Positions 1-9,396 of a DNA stretch of 32,350 nucleotides are shown in pieces. This DNA comes from a virus (Duplodnaviria > Caudoviricetes): positions 1 to 32,350 of the IMG/VR virus record IMGVR_UViG_3300032116_000833; one strand, given 5' to 3'. The number at the start of each line of letters is the position of its first letter. The stretch's first letter is position 1. The position numbers were made by a program, and so were the translations under genes. The notes under the pieces were generated by a model. It had not been told where the DNA came from, ran no database searches, and saw only the letters and a list, made by a program, of their open reading frames with translations.

Positions 1-2
1 AT

Positions 3-338
3 GTTATCAATAAAGTGCCAAAACTTCCATTTGATGAACCAACAAAAAAAGCTATAGGTAAAGTTAAAGACAAATCTGGTGCAGTACATACACCTATGTC
101 TAGAACTAGAGATATTGCTAGAACGGCTGCTCGTAAGCAAGCTGGTATCAAAGAGGCTGCGGATATAAACGATCCATTGGACAAAATTGATACATCAGCA
201 AAGCGTTCTCTATCAAGAACCGCTGGTATGGTTAAAGATTTGGCTACAAATGCAAAGGCCAAAGCTAAATCCAAAGATAAAAAAGATACTTTTGAGCCAG
301 AACCAGAACTATCTTCACAGATAATGAAGCAAGATTAA
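3..338 (+). CDS. C-terminal part of a probable virion/internal head protein (truncated by the window edge)
   Basis: Frame is open from position 3 to TAA; charged low-complexity sequence in a late-gene neighbourhood. Confidence 0.55.
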   Translation, partial: VINKVPKLPFDEPTKKAIGKVKDKSGAVHTPMSRTRDIARTAARKQAGIKEAADINDPLDKIDTSAKRSLSRTAGMVKDLATNAKAKAKSKDKKDTFEPEPELSSQIMKQD

Positions 339-340
339 TT

Positions 341-348
341 CATAAATA
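341..348 (+). promoter_or_regulatory. T4-type late promoter variant (CATAAATA)
   Basis: One mismatch to TATAAATA, intergenic, upstream of AAGGAG RBS and ORF 374. Confidence 0.5.
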
Positions 349-373
349 TAACAATAACAATAAGGAGACTTAA

Positions 374-724
374 ATGTCACTATGGTCAAATACAGATGCT
401 AACACAAGCGCACCTAAATTCGTTGGAGTTGGTGGATCACCAACACAAAGTGGTTTAACAATGTACGCAAATACACAAACAAGCGCATTCATTACGGATC
501 AAAAAGTTGGTGTTTTCGGCGTTGACGTTACCGAACAAGGTATTGCTGGAAATCCAAAAGGCGGTCATGCAGGTTGGAACTTAGTTAAAACAGGAACAGG
601 TGGTCGTGCGGGACGTACACATGTGGAAACATTGGTAGCAATGGGCTCTATGGTTAACGTTGCTGATGGTGGTTCAGATGGTTCTGCTACAGCTAACGAT
701 GATGTTACATTTGTAGACGCATAA
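374..724 (+). CDS. Small virion structural protein of T4-like phages
   Basis: G/T/A-rich with HAGWNL..TG.GGRAGR...ETLVAM motif; strong RBS. Confidence 0.6.
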   Translation: MSLWSNTDANTSAPKFVGVGGSPTQSGLTMYANTQTSAFITDQKVGVFGVDVTEQGIAGNPKGGHAGWNLVKTGTGGRAGRTHVETLVAMGSMVNVADGGSDGSATANDDVTFVDA

Positions 725-727
725 TTA

Positions 728-1156
728 ATGTTTAACTTTAAGGCATACTTGACCGAAGAAATACAAATCGGTCAAGCTATCATCGCACATGAGCCTACCG
801 ATAAGCAATCATTATCGGTAGGTAATCCTGTTGTGGTAGCAAAGATAAACTCAGTTTTTACAATAGAATTGGGTGATATCTTTTTGTCACCAGAATCTGG
901 ATTCCAAAAAGTACGCAAGGTATTACATAGATTCGGTCTAGACATGCCGCCAATGTATGGTATGGATCCTGATGGCGATGAAATTGTGCTAGATGTAACT
1001 CAATATGGTGATGCATCATTAGGTTCAGGATTACTTTATATCCTATACAGCCTCAACGATGAAGGTTATTATGATTTCTATGCTGAGATTAATGATGAAG
1101 CAGGCATAGAAGAATTATTGGCTTCTGGTATTGAGGGAGAAGACGAAGAAGATTAA
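728..1156 (+). CDS. Hypothetical acidic protein, possibly head-associated
   Basis: N-terminal F..YLTEE resembles T4-like prohead processing leaders; acidic tail. Confidence 0.6.
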   Translation: MFNFKAYLTEEIQIGQAIIAHEPTDKQSLSVGNPVVVAKINSVFTIELGDIFLSPESGFQKVRKVLHRFGLDMPPMYGMDPDGDEIVLDVTQYGDASLGSGLLYILYSLNDEGYYDFYAEINDEAGIEELLASGIEGEDEED

Positions 1157-1161
1157 TAATA

Positions 1162-1611
1162 ATGAAAAAACTGACACATTTTCATCACATTGTTCCAAAA
1201 CATATGGGTGGTACTGATGATCCGTCAAATTTGATTGAATTAACTGTAGAAGAACATGCTAACGCTCATAAGAAATTATGGGAAGAACATGGAAGATGGC
1301 AAGACGAATTTGCTTGGAAACTATTAGATGGTCAAATACATAAAGAAGAACGAAATAGACAATTATCATCATTAGCAAATAAAGGTAATAAGTATCGTTT
1401 AGGTAAATTTCATACGGAAGAATCCAAGCAAAAAAATGCGTTAAGTAATTCCAAAAAATGGAGAATTACTGATCCTTTAGGAAATGAATTTATTGTAACA
1501 AATTTGTTCAATTTTTGTAGAGAAAATAATTTACAGCAAGCATCAATGTGGAGAGTTTCTGTAGGAAAACAGAAATTTCATAAAAAATGGAAATGCAAAG
1601 TTTATGTTTGA
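1162..1611 (+). CDS. HNH homing endonuclease (Mob-like) with NUMOD3-type DNA-binding tail
   Basis: HHIVPKHMGGTDDPSNLIELTVEEHANAH HNH motif; G.FHTEESKQK NUMOD3-like motif. Confidence 0.85.
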   Translation: MKKLTHFHHIVPKHMGGTDDPSNLIELTVEEHANAHKKLWEEHGRWQDEFAWKLLDGQIHKEERNRQLSSLANKGNKYRLGKFHTEESKQKNALSNSKKWRITDPLGNEFIVTNLFNFCRENNLQQASMWRVSVGKQKFHKKWKCKVYV

Positions 1612-1993
1612 TGATTTGAATGTGAATAATGTTTTACTGTATTGCATGAAGGCTTACGATAAACCAAACTGTATTATGAGCGAATTCAAAGAGGATATGA
1701 AGCGATTCAATTATCTTAAAAGATTGTTTCGTAGATATCGCAAGATGGATGATTTACGGGAAAGACTTGTAATAAACCATCTGGTAGTCATATATAATGT
1801 TTTTGGTGTAGAAGTAGCAACACGTATGCTATTTTATAAAATGAGCAAAGATGATTATTCAGCATTGAAAACATATTTGATATTTCTAAATTACATGCCA
1901 GCAGTTGTTCATGGTATAAAAGGTCAAGATATCATATCTTCAGAAATACCTGTTGATATGAAAATTGCAGAAGTTCTTAGGGAGATAAAATGA
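1604..1993 (+). CDS. Conserved T4-like hypothetical protein
   Basis: EF.ED.KRF.YLKRLF.RY..LRERL..NH motif recognised from T4-like phages. Confidence 0.7.
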   Translation: MFDDLNVNNVLLYCMKAYDKPNCIMSEFKEDMKRFNYLKRLFRRYRKMDDLRERLVINHLVVIYNVFGVEVATRMLFYKMSKDDYSALKTYLIFLNYMPAVVHGIKGQDIISSEIPVDMKIAEVLREIK

Positions 1994-2328
1994 TTGTAAA
2001 AGAAGATGTTCCAGGAAATTCAGCAGGATCAGGTGCTGTCGCTGGCATCGGTGTAGCAAGTCCTACACTACCAAATCAAGCAGAACCGGGTGTAAAGAAA
2101 CGCAAGAAGTTTGCGGGTTCTACCGTCTTCACAGTACCAACCAAATCATTTGTTATGGCTAAGATGCTAAAGCGCAAAGGCGTTCGCTTTGAATCATATC
2201 TTGGTGATCCAGATATTGCAAAAGAAGTTGGTGAGTTTGCAAACAAGAATTGGCATGAAGCTATCATTCTTGAAGATGAACAAACTGGTGCTATGGTATA
2301 CCTACGATACGGTAAAGGTAACAGATAA
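1990..2328 (+). CDS. Hypothetical, probably structural, protein
   Basis: ED.P.N.AG.GAVAG..EPGV motif; ATGA coupling with the upstream gene. Confidence 0.6.
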   Translation: MIVKEDVPGNSAGSGAVAGIGVASPTLPNQAEPGVKKRKKFAGSTVFTVPTKSFVMAKMLKRKGVRFESYLGDPDIAKEVGEFANKNWHEAIILEDEQTGAMVYLRYGKGNR

Positions 2329-2774
2329 TGTGGATTTTACAATGGCTTCCTAACTGGATATTCTATGCAATATTTTTTGCAGGTCTATTAGGTCTGCTAG
2401 TTGCAACTGTAATGAAATTCATTCCGTTCGTGTACATGTATCGCACAGCAATACAAGCAGTATCTGTGGTATTGATTGCTCTTGGTACATATATGGCTGG
2501 TGCAATATCAAATGAAGAAGCATGGCAAGCAAGAGTAAAAGAGATGGAAGCTAAGGTAGAAGCGGCTGCGGTAGAATCAGCACAAGAAAATGTAAAAGTT
2601 GTTGAGAAGATAGTAAAAAAGACTGAATACATTAAGACACGTGGTCAAGATATTGTTAAGTTTATAGACAAAGAAATTGTTAAGTATGATACTAAGTTTC
2701 TTCCAGGCGGTCAATGCGAGATACCAAAAGAATTTATTGAAGCGCATAACAGAGCGGCTGAGGCACCAAAATGA
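2328..2774 (+). CDS. Inner-membrane spanin (Rz-like)
   Basis: N-terminal transmembrane segments, coiled coil, C-terminal Cys; overlaps a lipoprotein gene and precedes the endolysin. Confidence 0.7.
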   Translation: MWILQWLPNWIFYAIFFAGLLGLLVATVMKFIPFVYMYRTAIQAVSVVLIALGTYMAGAISNEEAWQARVKEMEAKVEAAAVESAQENVKVVEKIVKKTEYIKTRGQDIVKFIDKEIVKYDTKFLPGGQCEIPKEFIEAHNRAAEAPK

Positions 2775-3079
2775 GAAACGTTGAGAAACAACAAAGAATC
2801 AGCACAATACTATTTGTTATAGTGACAGCAATATTTTTTATTGCAATGTTCTCAGGATGTTCAACAACAGTACCAGTCACAGCTAAATTTCCAAATGCGC
2901 CAGAACAATTGTTAGTCAAATGCCCACAATTAGAAAAATTAGGTAATGAAGTAAAATTAAGTGATATAAGTAAGACGGTTACTACAAACTATACAACTTA
3001 TTATGAATGTGCTGTGAAACATGATGCCTTTATTGAATGGTATAACGTACAGAAAAACATTTTTGAAAGTGTAAAATAA
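2771..3079 (+). CDS. Outer-membrane spanin lipoprotein (Rz1-like)
   Basis: Signal peptide with lipobox FSGC, followed by Pro-rich segment and two further Cys. Confidence 0.7.
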   Translation: MRNVEKQQRISTILFVIVTAIFFIAMFSGCSTTVPVTAKFPNAPEQLLVKCPQLEKLGNEVKLSDISKTVTTNYTTYYECAVKHDAFIEWYNVQKNIFESVK

Positions 3080-3702
3080 TGGAACTAACAAAACAACAAC
3101 TAAAACAATTGCTTCCAAAAAATCCATACATTGACCATTGGCACCATGCCTTGGAACAATTGTTGCCAGATTATGAAATCAATACACCACAGCGTATTGC
3201 CGCTTTCATTGCTCAATGCTCACATGAATCTGGTGGTTTCACAGCATTACAAGAAAATCTAAACTACAAGCCAGCAACTATTCGTAAGTTGTTTGGTAAA
3301 TACTTCCCAACAGATGAATTAGCAAATGAATATTGCTCTAAGCCAAACAAACAAGAAGCTATTGCAAACCGCATCTATGCATCACGCATGGGTAATGGTG
3401 ATGAATCATCTGGTGATGGTTACAGATACCGTGGTCGTGGTCTGATTCAATTGACTGGTAAAGATAACTATACATTCTTTGCTGGTTCACTACAAATTTC
3501 TGTAGAAGAAGCAGCCGAGTATATGGCTACATTTGAAGGAGCCGCACAGTCAGCTTGCTGGTTCTGGGAAACAAACAATCTAAACCAATGGGCTGATAAA
3601 GGTGATATTGTTACACTAACAAAACGAATCAACGGTGGCACCATTGGTCTTGATGACCGCATTAAACACTACGAACATGCACTTCATGTTTTAGGAGTTT
3701 GA
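3079..3702 (+). CDS. Glycoside hydrolase family 19 endolysin
   Basis: AAFIAQCSHESGGF, ENLNY, YRGRGLIQLTG..NY and TKRINGG..GL.DR motifs. Confidence 0.92.
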   Translation: MELTKQQLKQLLPKNPYIDHWHHALEQLLPDYEINTPQRIAAFIAQCSHESGGFTALQENLNYKPATIRKLFGKYFPTDELANEYCSKPNKQEAIANRIYASRMGNGDESSGDGYRYRGRGLIQLTGKDNYTFFAGSLQISVEEAAEYMATFEGAAQSACWFWETNNLNQWADKGDIVTLTKRINGGTIGLDDRIKHYEHALHVLGV

Positions 3703-3703
3703 T

Positions 3704-4003
3704 ATGAATGATAGAAAATTGTTTTTTGTTGCAGTCGGCTTACTAGTATTGCCGCTTGCACTAGCATTCTTTGGTGGTGATAGATTCCGCTATCCATGCC
3801 AAGACCCAGATAACTGGGAAAAAGATATTTGTAAGATGCCAAAATGTGATGTGACAAGAACTTGTCCTGAACATATTTTTAAGGGTCAACGTGACCCTAG
3901 ATTAGGACCTCCAAAAGATGGACAAACTCAAACAACTACGGCAGTGGTTCCAGCACCAGCTTGCCAAGCACCAACAACACAAGGAGCAAATTGTGGAAAA
4001 TAA
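3704..4003 (+). CDS. Membrane-anchored Cys-rich periplasmic protein
   Basis: N-terminal TM, then RYPCQDP.NW...C..P.C....TCP. Confidence 0.7.
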   Translation: MNDRKLFFVAVGLLVLPLALAFFGGDRFRYPCQDPDNWEKDICKMPKCDVTRTCPEHIFKGQRDPRLGPPKDGQTQTTTAVVPAPACQAPTTQGANCGK

Positions 4004-4490
4004 TCAAATGTATACCGAAGACCAATTAATGGCCAGATTGAAATTCTTTATTGGAATTTGCTTGGCTCTAACACTAACGGGTATTGTATTCGTTGTTCTT
4101 TACTCAATCATCTTTGTAACACAGCCATTGAATGCTATCAGCCCAATTGACCAGAAGTTTTTTGAGTTGATTATTCCTATCGCTACATTCTTAACTGGTA
4201 CTCTATCTGGTATCATGCTGGCTGGCAATGATAAGGATGCTCAAAAAGCAGCCTTACAAGCGGCTAATAAAGGATGGGACAAACCACCAACACCAATACA
4301 AAAAAATGAAACAACAACCAGCGCACCTTCCTTCTCTCCAGCACCTAGCGTTTCTCCAACAGTCACGAACTCGTTCGGATCACAATCAATGGGCAGCGGA
4401 AGTAGCTTTGGAAGCGTATCTCAACCCCAAGTTGTCACAGGTTTCGGAGGCAAGCCAGCCCCAGCTCCAGCCCCTCAACCCGAACTATAA
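3993..4490 (+). CDS. Two-TM membrane protein with Pro/Ser-rich tail (holin/antiholin candidate)
   Basis: GTG start after AAGGAG is preferred to 3918; two hydrophobic helices; lies in the lysis cassette. Confidence 0.6.
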   Translation: MENNQMYTEDQLMARLKFFIGICLALTLTGIVFVVLYSIIFVTQPLNAISPIDQKFFELIIPIATFLTGTLSGIMLAGNDKDAQKAALQAANKGWDKPPTPIQKNETTTSAPSFSPAPSVSPTVTNSFGSQSMGSGSSFGSVSQPQVVTGFGGKPAPAPAPQPEL

Positions 4491-4706
4491 ATGAACTTTA
4501 TACTAAGCATGTTATCAGACGGTATCAACGATACCGTTTCCAGTAAAAGAGTTGTCACACTATTAGCATTTATAATGTGTGCGGGTGGCTTTATTGCTAT
4601 GGTGTGTGGTTACCCATTAGATTCTAAAATATTTGATTCAATGATGTACATCGTGATAGCAGGCTTAGGTTTTACAGCATCGGAAAAGTTTTCTAAAAAG
4701 GAATAA
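4491..4706 (+). CDS. Small two-TM holin-like protein
   Basis: SSKR followed by two hydrophobic helices and a charged C-terminus. Confidence 0.6.
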   Translation: MNFILSMLSDGINDTVSSKRVVTLLAFIMCAGGFIAMVCGYPLDSKIFDSMMYIVIAGLGFTASEKFSKKE

Positions 4707-4708
4707 AA

Positions 4709-4915
4709 ATGAAATCACTAGTATTATCAATCGCATTGTTATTTGGTATGACAACCGCAGTTTATGCTGAGGCTGAGAAGACCAAGGTGTGTGTAGATGT
4801 TAAAGACAAAGAAGGCAAGCCTGTTAAAGATGCCAAAGGTAATGTAAAACAGAATTGCAAGGAAATGAAAGTGCATAAGAAACTAGAGGGCACAGAAGTT
4901 CCTGTGAAGAAATAA
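4709..4915 (+). CDS. Secreted/periplasmic Lys-rich small protein
   Basis: Signal peptide ending VYA; two Cys; AAGGA RBS. Confidence 0.65.
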   Translation: MKSLVLSIALLFGMTTAVYAEAEKTKVCVDVKDKEGKPVKDAKGNVKQNCKEMKVHKKLEGTEVPVKK

Positions 4916-5221
4916 ATGGCATCCACTGTAGAAAGAATTGGTATCGTTGAAACTAAGGTAGAAAACCTTAGTGAAAAGCTGGACGATTTGAAAGTTGATG
5001 TTAAGGAAATGCATGATTGCCTTGATAAGACACGGGATGACTTGAAATCACAACTAGAAACCATGTATAATGCATCATGTGAACAACACGCTGAGTTAGC
5101 CAAAAAGATTGGTAACTTGGAACAAATACGACAAAAAATGATGTGGATGGTAGCTGGTGCTGTTGCATTTGCAGGCATTCTTTCCGGGCATTTTGATAAA
5201 ATCATTGCCTTTATTACTTGA
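4916..5221 (+). CDS. Coiled-coil protein with C-terminal TM (XhlA/holin-like)
   Basis: Heptad pattern followed by a single hydrophobic helix. Confidence 0.6.
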   Translation: MASTVERIGIVETKVENLSEKLDDLKVDVKEMHDCLDKTRDDLKSQLETMYNASCEQHAELAKKIGNLEQIRQKMMWMVAGAVAFAGILSGHFDKIIAFIT

Positions 5222-5246
5222 CATTTGTGCGGAGTTGTTATATAAT
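5218..5246 (+). promoter_or_regulatory. sigma70 promoter, probably giving a leaderless primase mRNA
   Basis: TTGACA-17-TATAAT with ATG 5 nt after the -10 box. Confidence 0.75.
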
Positions 5247-5251
5247 GAGCC

Positions 5252-6277
5252 ATGCTTTCTACAGACTTAAAATTTACATTATTAATCTCACCGCGGTTTG
5301 AGAAGTTTCAGCGCAAGTCTGATTACCTTTTCAACTGTCGGTGCCCTTTGTGTGGTGATTCACAAAAACACAAAGCAAAGATGCGCGGTTACATCTACCG
5401 CAAAGCCAATGAATTGCTTTATAAATGCCACAACTGTGGTACTGGTACAAGCATCGGCAATCTTATCAAGCAGGTAGATTCCAATCTATACAAGGAATAT
5501 ATCCTTGAGCGATACAAAAGCGGTGAGATTGGCATCAACAATAATAAAGCAAAACTATTTGATATACCATCGCCACGCTTTGGTATACTTGATGATGCTG
5601 TCTATGAAAATGCGGAGAGGTGTGATAAACTCCCTGATACGCATTTTTGTAAAATATACTTGACACGCCGCAAAGTGCCACCAGCAATGTTTGAGAAGTT
5701 ATATTTCACAGCAAACTATAAAAAGTTTTGTGATGAAGTATATCCTGACCACGGCAAAGATATTGTATCCGATGCACGGTTGGTGATACCATTCTATGAT
5801 GAATGGAATTCTCTGAGTGGTGTATCTGGTCGTGCGTTGGCTAATGCAGAATACAAATTGCGTTATGTCACCATCAAGACAAACGATAGCCCAAATAAAC
5901 TAATCTATGGTCTAGATAGAATTGATTTTACAAAGCCAGTTAAGATTGTTGAGGGTCCGATTGATTCGTTGTTTTTAAGCAACTGTCTTGCATCTGGTGA
6001 TTCAAGTTTATCTGTCACAGCAAAAAATATTTCAGCAGAAGAAAAAATATTAATTTTTGATAATGAACCACGCAATAAAGAAATCGTGAAGTTAATGAAA
6101 GATGCTATCAACTTAGGTCACAATGTCGTAATTTGGCCTGATAATCTCGTTGGCAAAGATATCAATGAGATGGTGATGAATGGCATATCGCCTGATGAAA
6201 TTGAAGCGATTATAAGTAATAACACATTTAAGAATATAGAAGCGCAAGCTAAATTTGTTTTTTGGAAGAAAATATAA
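5252..6277 (+). CDS. gp61: DNA primase (T4 gp61-like)
   Basis: CPLCGDS..CHNC zinc finger; TOPRIM motifs VEGPIDS, FDNEPRN, KDINEM. Confidence 0.93.
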   Translation: MLSTDLKFTLLISPRFEKFQRKSDYLFNCRCPLCGDSQKHKAKMRGYIYRKANELLYKCHNCGTGTSIGNLIKQVDSNLYKEYILERYKSGEIGINNNKAKLFDIPSPRFGILDDAVYENAERCDKLPDTHFCKIYLTRRKVPPAMFEKLYFTANYKKFCDEVYPDHGKDIVSDARLVIPFYDEWNSLSGVSGRALANAEYKLRYVTIKTNDSPNKLIYGLDRIDFTKPVKIVEGPIDSLFLSNCLASGDSSLSVTAKNISAEEKILIFDNEPRNKEIVKLMKDAINLGHNVVIWPDNLVGKDINEMVMNGISPDEIEAIISNNTFKNIEAQAKFVFWKKI

Positions 6278-6278
6278 T

Positions 6279-6959
6279 ATGAAAGTTAAGTTAGTAAGTC
6301 ATAGCAAACCATCCCGTGAGATTGCAAGCGAAGGCCTTTATGATATGCAAGAGTTAATTGCATTCTGCGCCCGTGTATCCAATCCTGCAAATCAATACAA
6401 TACCGATACATCTGATAAATTAATCAAGTATCTAATCAAGAATAAACATTGGAGCCCACTAGAAATGGTGTCTGTTTGTTTAGAGATTGAAACGACTAGA
6501 GATATTGCAAGACAGATATTGAGGCATCGGTCATTTTCTTTTCAGGAGTTTAGTCAGCGATATGCAGACCCAACTAAAGATTTGGATTTTGTATTGCGTG
6601 AAGCTAGATTGCAAGATACAAAGAATCGCCAGAACAGCATAACCACAGAAGATTTGCAGTTACAAGCATTTTGGCAACAGCAACAACTGAGAGTTATCAA
6701 TGCGGCTAAGGAAGCATACACCTGGGCTATAGATAATGGTATAGCAAAAGAGCAAGCAAGAGCGGTGCTACCAGAAGGTAATACAGTTAGTCGTTTGTAT
6801 GTAAATGGAACATTAAGGTCATTCATTCATTACATTGAAGTGAGAACAGATAAGTCTACTCAAAAAGAACACAGGGAAATCGCTATAGAAGTTTCTAAAG
6901 TTATTTCGGAAGTATTTCCTTTATCTGAACATTTTATTCATAGTGAATCAAATATCTAA
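6279..6959 (+). CDS. thyX: Flavin-dependent thymidylate synthase
   Basis: RHRSFSFQEFSQRY signature, HWSPLE, KEQARAVLP. Confidence 0.96.
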   Translation: MKVKLVSHSKPSREIASEGLYDMQELIAFCARVSNPANQYNTDTSDKLIKYLIKNKHWSPLEMVSVCLEIETTRDIARQILRHRSFSFQEFSQRYADPTKDLDFVLREARLQDTKNRQNSITTEDLQLQAFWQQQQLRVINAAKEAYTWAIDNGIAKEQARAVLPEGNTVSRLYVNGTLRSFIHYIEVRTDKSTQKEHREIAIEVSKVISEVFPLSEHFIHSESNI

Positions 6960-6963
6960 TTCT

Positions 6964-7003
6964 TATAAATACATTCTAGAATACACTATAGGAGACTAGA
7001 ATG
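6964..7003 (+). promoter_or_regulatory. T4 late promoter plus start-codon-sequestering hairpin
   Basis: TATAAATA at 6964-6971; CATTCTAG (6972-6979) is complementary to CTAGAATG (6996-7003). Confidence 0.75.
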
Positions 7004-7588
7004 GGAAGAAAAAGTGTTTATAGCGTGGGTCAATTTTTTGGTAAACTTGAAGTATTGGAGATATTACCATCAAATGGCGCAGGAAGTCACGTAAATCTTA
7101 GATGTTTGTGTCATTATTGTAATAAAGAAACCATTAAATATGCGGGAAACATAAAAAAAAGAAATAGTTGTGGTTGTCAACAAAACAATAGCTCCGAATG
7201 GAAAAATGTTGGTCCAAAAAATAAACCTTGGCAACTACCATTTGGTCATGCTGCCAGAAACGGTCTGGAGTATCAATATAAAAGAGGCGCAGCCAAAAGA
7301 AATTTAGAATATACTTTGACAATGGAAGAATTTGATGAACTTGTTATAGGAGACTGTCATTATTGTGGAACAGAAACGCCAGCGACAGCAAGAGGTCAAG
7401 GAAAAACTAGTGGCGATTTTAAGTATACGGGAATTGATAGAATAGATTCAAAAAAAGGATATGTTAAGTATAATTGTGTATCATGTTGTTGGATATGTAA
7501 CAACATGAAAGGAACAACAAATGATGAAGATTTTATAAAACATATTGAAAAAATATATAGACACAAAAAGAAGGAAAAAATGATATGA
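7001..7588 (+). CDS. Free-standing HNH homing endonuclease between thyX and nrdA
   Basis: FGKLEV..C.C..SCGC N-domain; CHYCG..GIDRIDS.KGY...NCVSCC..CN.MK. Confidence 0.85.
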   Translation: MGRKSVYSVGQFFGKLEVLEILPSNGAGSHVNLRCLCHYCNKETIKYAGNIKKRNSCGCQQNNSSEWKNVGPKNKPWQLPFGHAARNGLEYQYKRGAAKRNLEYTLTMEEFDELVIGDCHYCGTETPATARGQGKTSGDFKYTGIDRIDSKKGYVKYNCVSCCWICNNMKGTTNDEDFIKHIEKIYRHKKKEKMI

Positions 7589-9396
7589 ATATCGTTCACG
7601 GTATTAGGGTAGACTATTCCCGGGATAATTTGTTTGATGAACTTGGAATAAAACGATTAAAAGAAAGTTACATGAAAGATGAAGAAGTCTCGCCTCAAGA
7701 AAGATTTGCTTTCGTTTCTAGGGCTTTTGGATCAGACAACGAACATGCCCAAAGACTTTATGACTATTCTTCAAGACATTGGTTGTCTTATTCTACTCCT
7801 ATTCTCAGCTTTGGGCGTTCTAAGCGTGGCCTTCCTATATCATGCTTCTTACCTTATCTACATGATAGCGCAGAAGGCTTGGTTGATTGTCTATCGGAAG
7901 TAAATTGGTTGTCTATGTTAGGTGGAGGTATTGGAATTGGTCTTGGTATTCGTTCTGCTGATGATAAATCTACTGGCATTATGCCTCATCTTCGCACTTA
8001 TGATGCATCCTCACTCGCTTACCGCCAAGGGCGGACTCGCCGCGGTAGTTATGCTACTTACTTGGATATCTCTCATCCCGATATTCTCATATTTCTTGAA
8101 ATGAGAAAGCCAACAGGCGACCAGAATATGCGTTGCTTGAATCTGCACCAAGGTATCAATATTACCGATGACTTCATGCAGTTGATTGAAAAATCTATGC
8201 TTGATCCACATGCTGATGATACATGGGAACTAAAAGATCCACACAGCGGTGAAGTGCGTGATACAATACCAGCAAGAGAATTGTGGCAAAGAATTCTTGA
8301 AGCACGAATGCTAACTGGTGAACCATACCTACATTTCATTGACACAAGCAATCGTGCTATGCCACAGTTTCAGAAAGATTTGGGATTGAGCATTAGACAA
8401 AGTAATTTGTGTAGTGAGATTATTCTGCCAACAGATAAAGAGCGAACAGCAGTATGTTGCCTATCATCTGTAAATTTGGAGTACTATGATGAATGGAAAA
8501 ATGATGCCCTATTCCTTAAGGACATTGCTGAAATGCTTGATAATGTTCTGGAGTATTTTATTGTTAATGCACCTGATACCATTTCCAGGGCTAAGTACTC
8601 TGCTAGCCGTGAGCGTTCTATTGGCATTGGTGCCTTAGGCTTCCATGCATTCCTACAGAAAAGTAACATTGCATTTGAAGGTGTCATGGCTAAAGTTATG
8701 AACAACCAAATGTTCAAACATATTAAGGAGAAACTTGATGAAGCGAATCTTCAATTGGGCTCTGAGCGAGGCAGTCCTCCTGATTGTGATGGTACTGGTC
8801 GCAGGTTTGCTCACGTTATGGCTATTGCTCCCAATGCTTCTTCTTCTATTATTATGGGTAATACCAGCCCTTCTATTGAGCCGTATCGTGCTAATGCTTA
8901 TAGACAAGACACCTTGAGTGGTTCATCATTGACAAAGAATAAATGGTTGGATAAAATTATCATTAAATTTTTACAACATGGTGATCCAGAACAAGCAGTT
9001 GACCAAGCAGAAGTTGATGAAATATGGTCTTCAATCATTGCAAACGATGGCTCAGTACAACATCTATCATGGATGGATGAAAATACAAAAGAGGTGTTCA
9101 AGACTTCAATGGAGATTGACCAGCGTTGGGTTGTTGAACACGCCGCAGATAGACAGCATTACATTGACCAAGCACAGTCATTGAATCTATTCTTTAGACC
9201 AGATGTAAATGTTAAGTACCTCCATGCTTGCCACTTCCTAGCATGGAAGAAAGGCCTCAAGACATTGTACTATTGCCGTAGTGAGAAATTGGCTAAGGCT
9301 GACAAAGTATCAAAACGAATTGAGCGTGATGTTATCAAAGAAATTGACATGACACAAATTGCACAGGGCAACGAATGTTTAGCATGTGAAGGATGA
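7585..9396 (+). CDS. nrdA: Ribonucleotide reductase class I alpha subunit (no ATP cone)
   Basis: ISCF, SNLCSEI, IAPNASSS, TLYY and C-terminal CLACEG motifs. Confidence 0.96.
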   Translation: MNIVHGIRVDYSRDNLFDELGIKRLKESYMKDEEVSPQERFAFVSRAFGSDNEHAQRLYDYSSRHWLSYSTPILSFGRSKRGLPISCFLPYLHDSAEGLVDCLSEVNWLSMLGGGIGIGLGIRSADDKSTGIMPHLRTYDASSLAYRQGRTRRGSYATYLDISHPDILIFLEMRKPTGDQNMRCLNLHQGINITDDFMQLIEKSMLDPHADDTWELKDPHSGEVRDTIPARELWQRILEARMLTGEPYLHFIDTSNRAMPQFQKDLGLSIRQSNLCSEIILPTDKERTAVCCLSSVNLEYYDEWKNDALFLKDIAEMLDNVLEYFIVNAPDTISRAKYSASRERSIGIGALGFHAFLQKSNIAFEGVMAKVMNNQMFKHIKEKLDEANLQLGSERGSPPDCDGTGRRFAHVMAIAPNASSSIIMGNTSPSIEPYRANAYRQDTLSGSSLTKNKWLDKIIIKFLQHGDPEQAVDQAEVDEIWSSIIANDGSVQHLSWMDENTKEVFKTSMEIDQRWVVEHAADRQHYIDQAQSLNLFFRPDVNVKYLHACHFLAWKKGLKTLYYCRSEKLAKADKVSKRIERDVIKEIDMTQIAQGNECLACEG

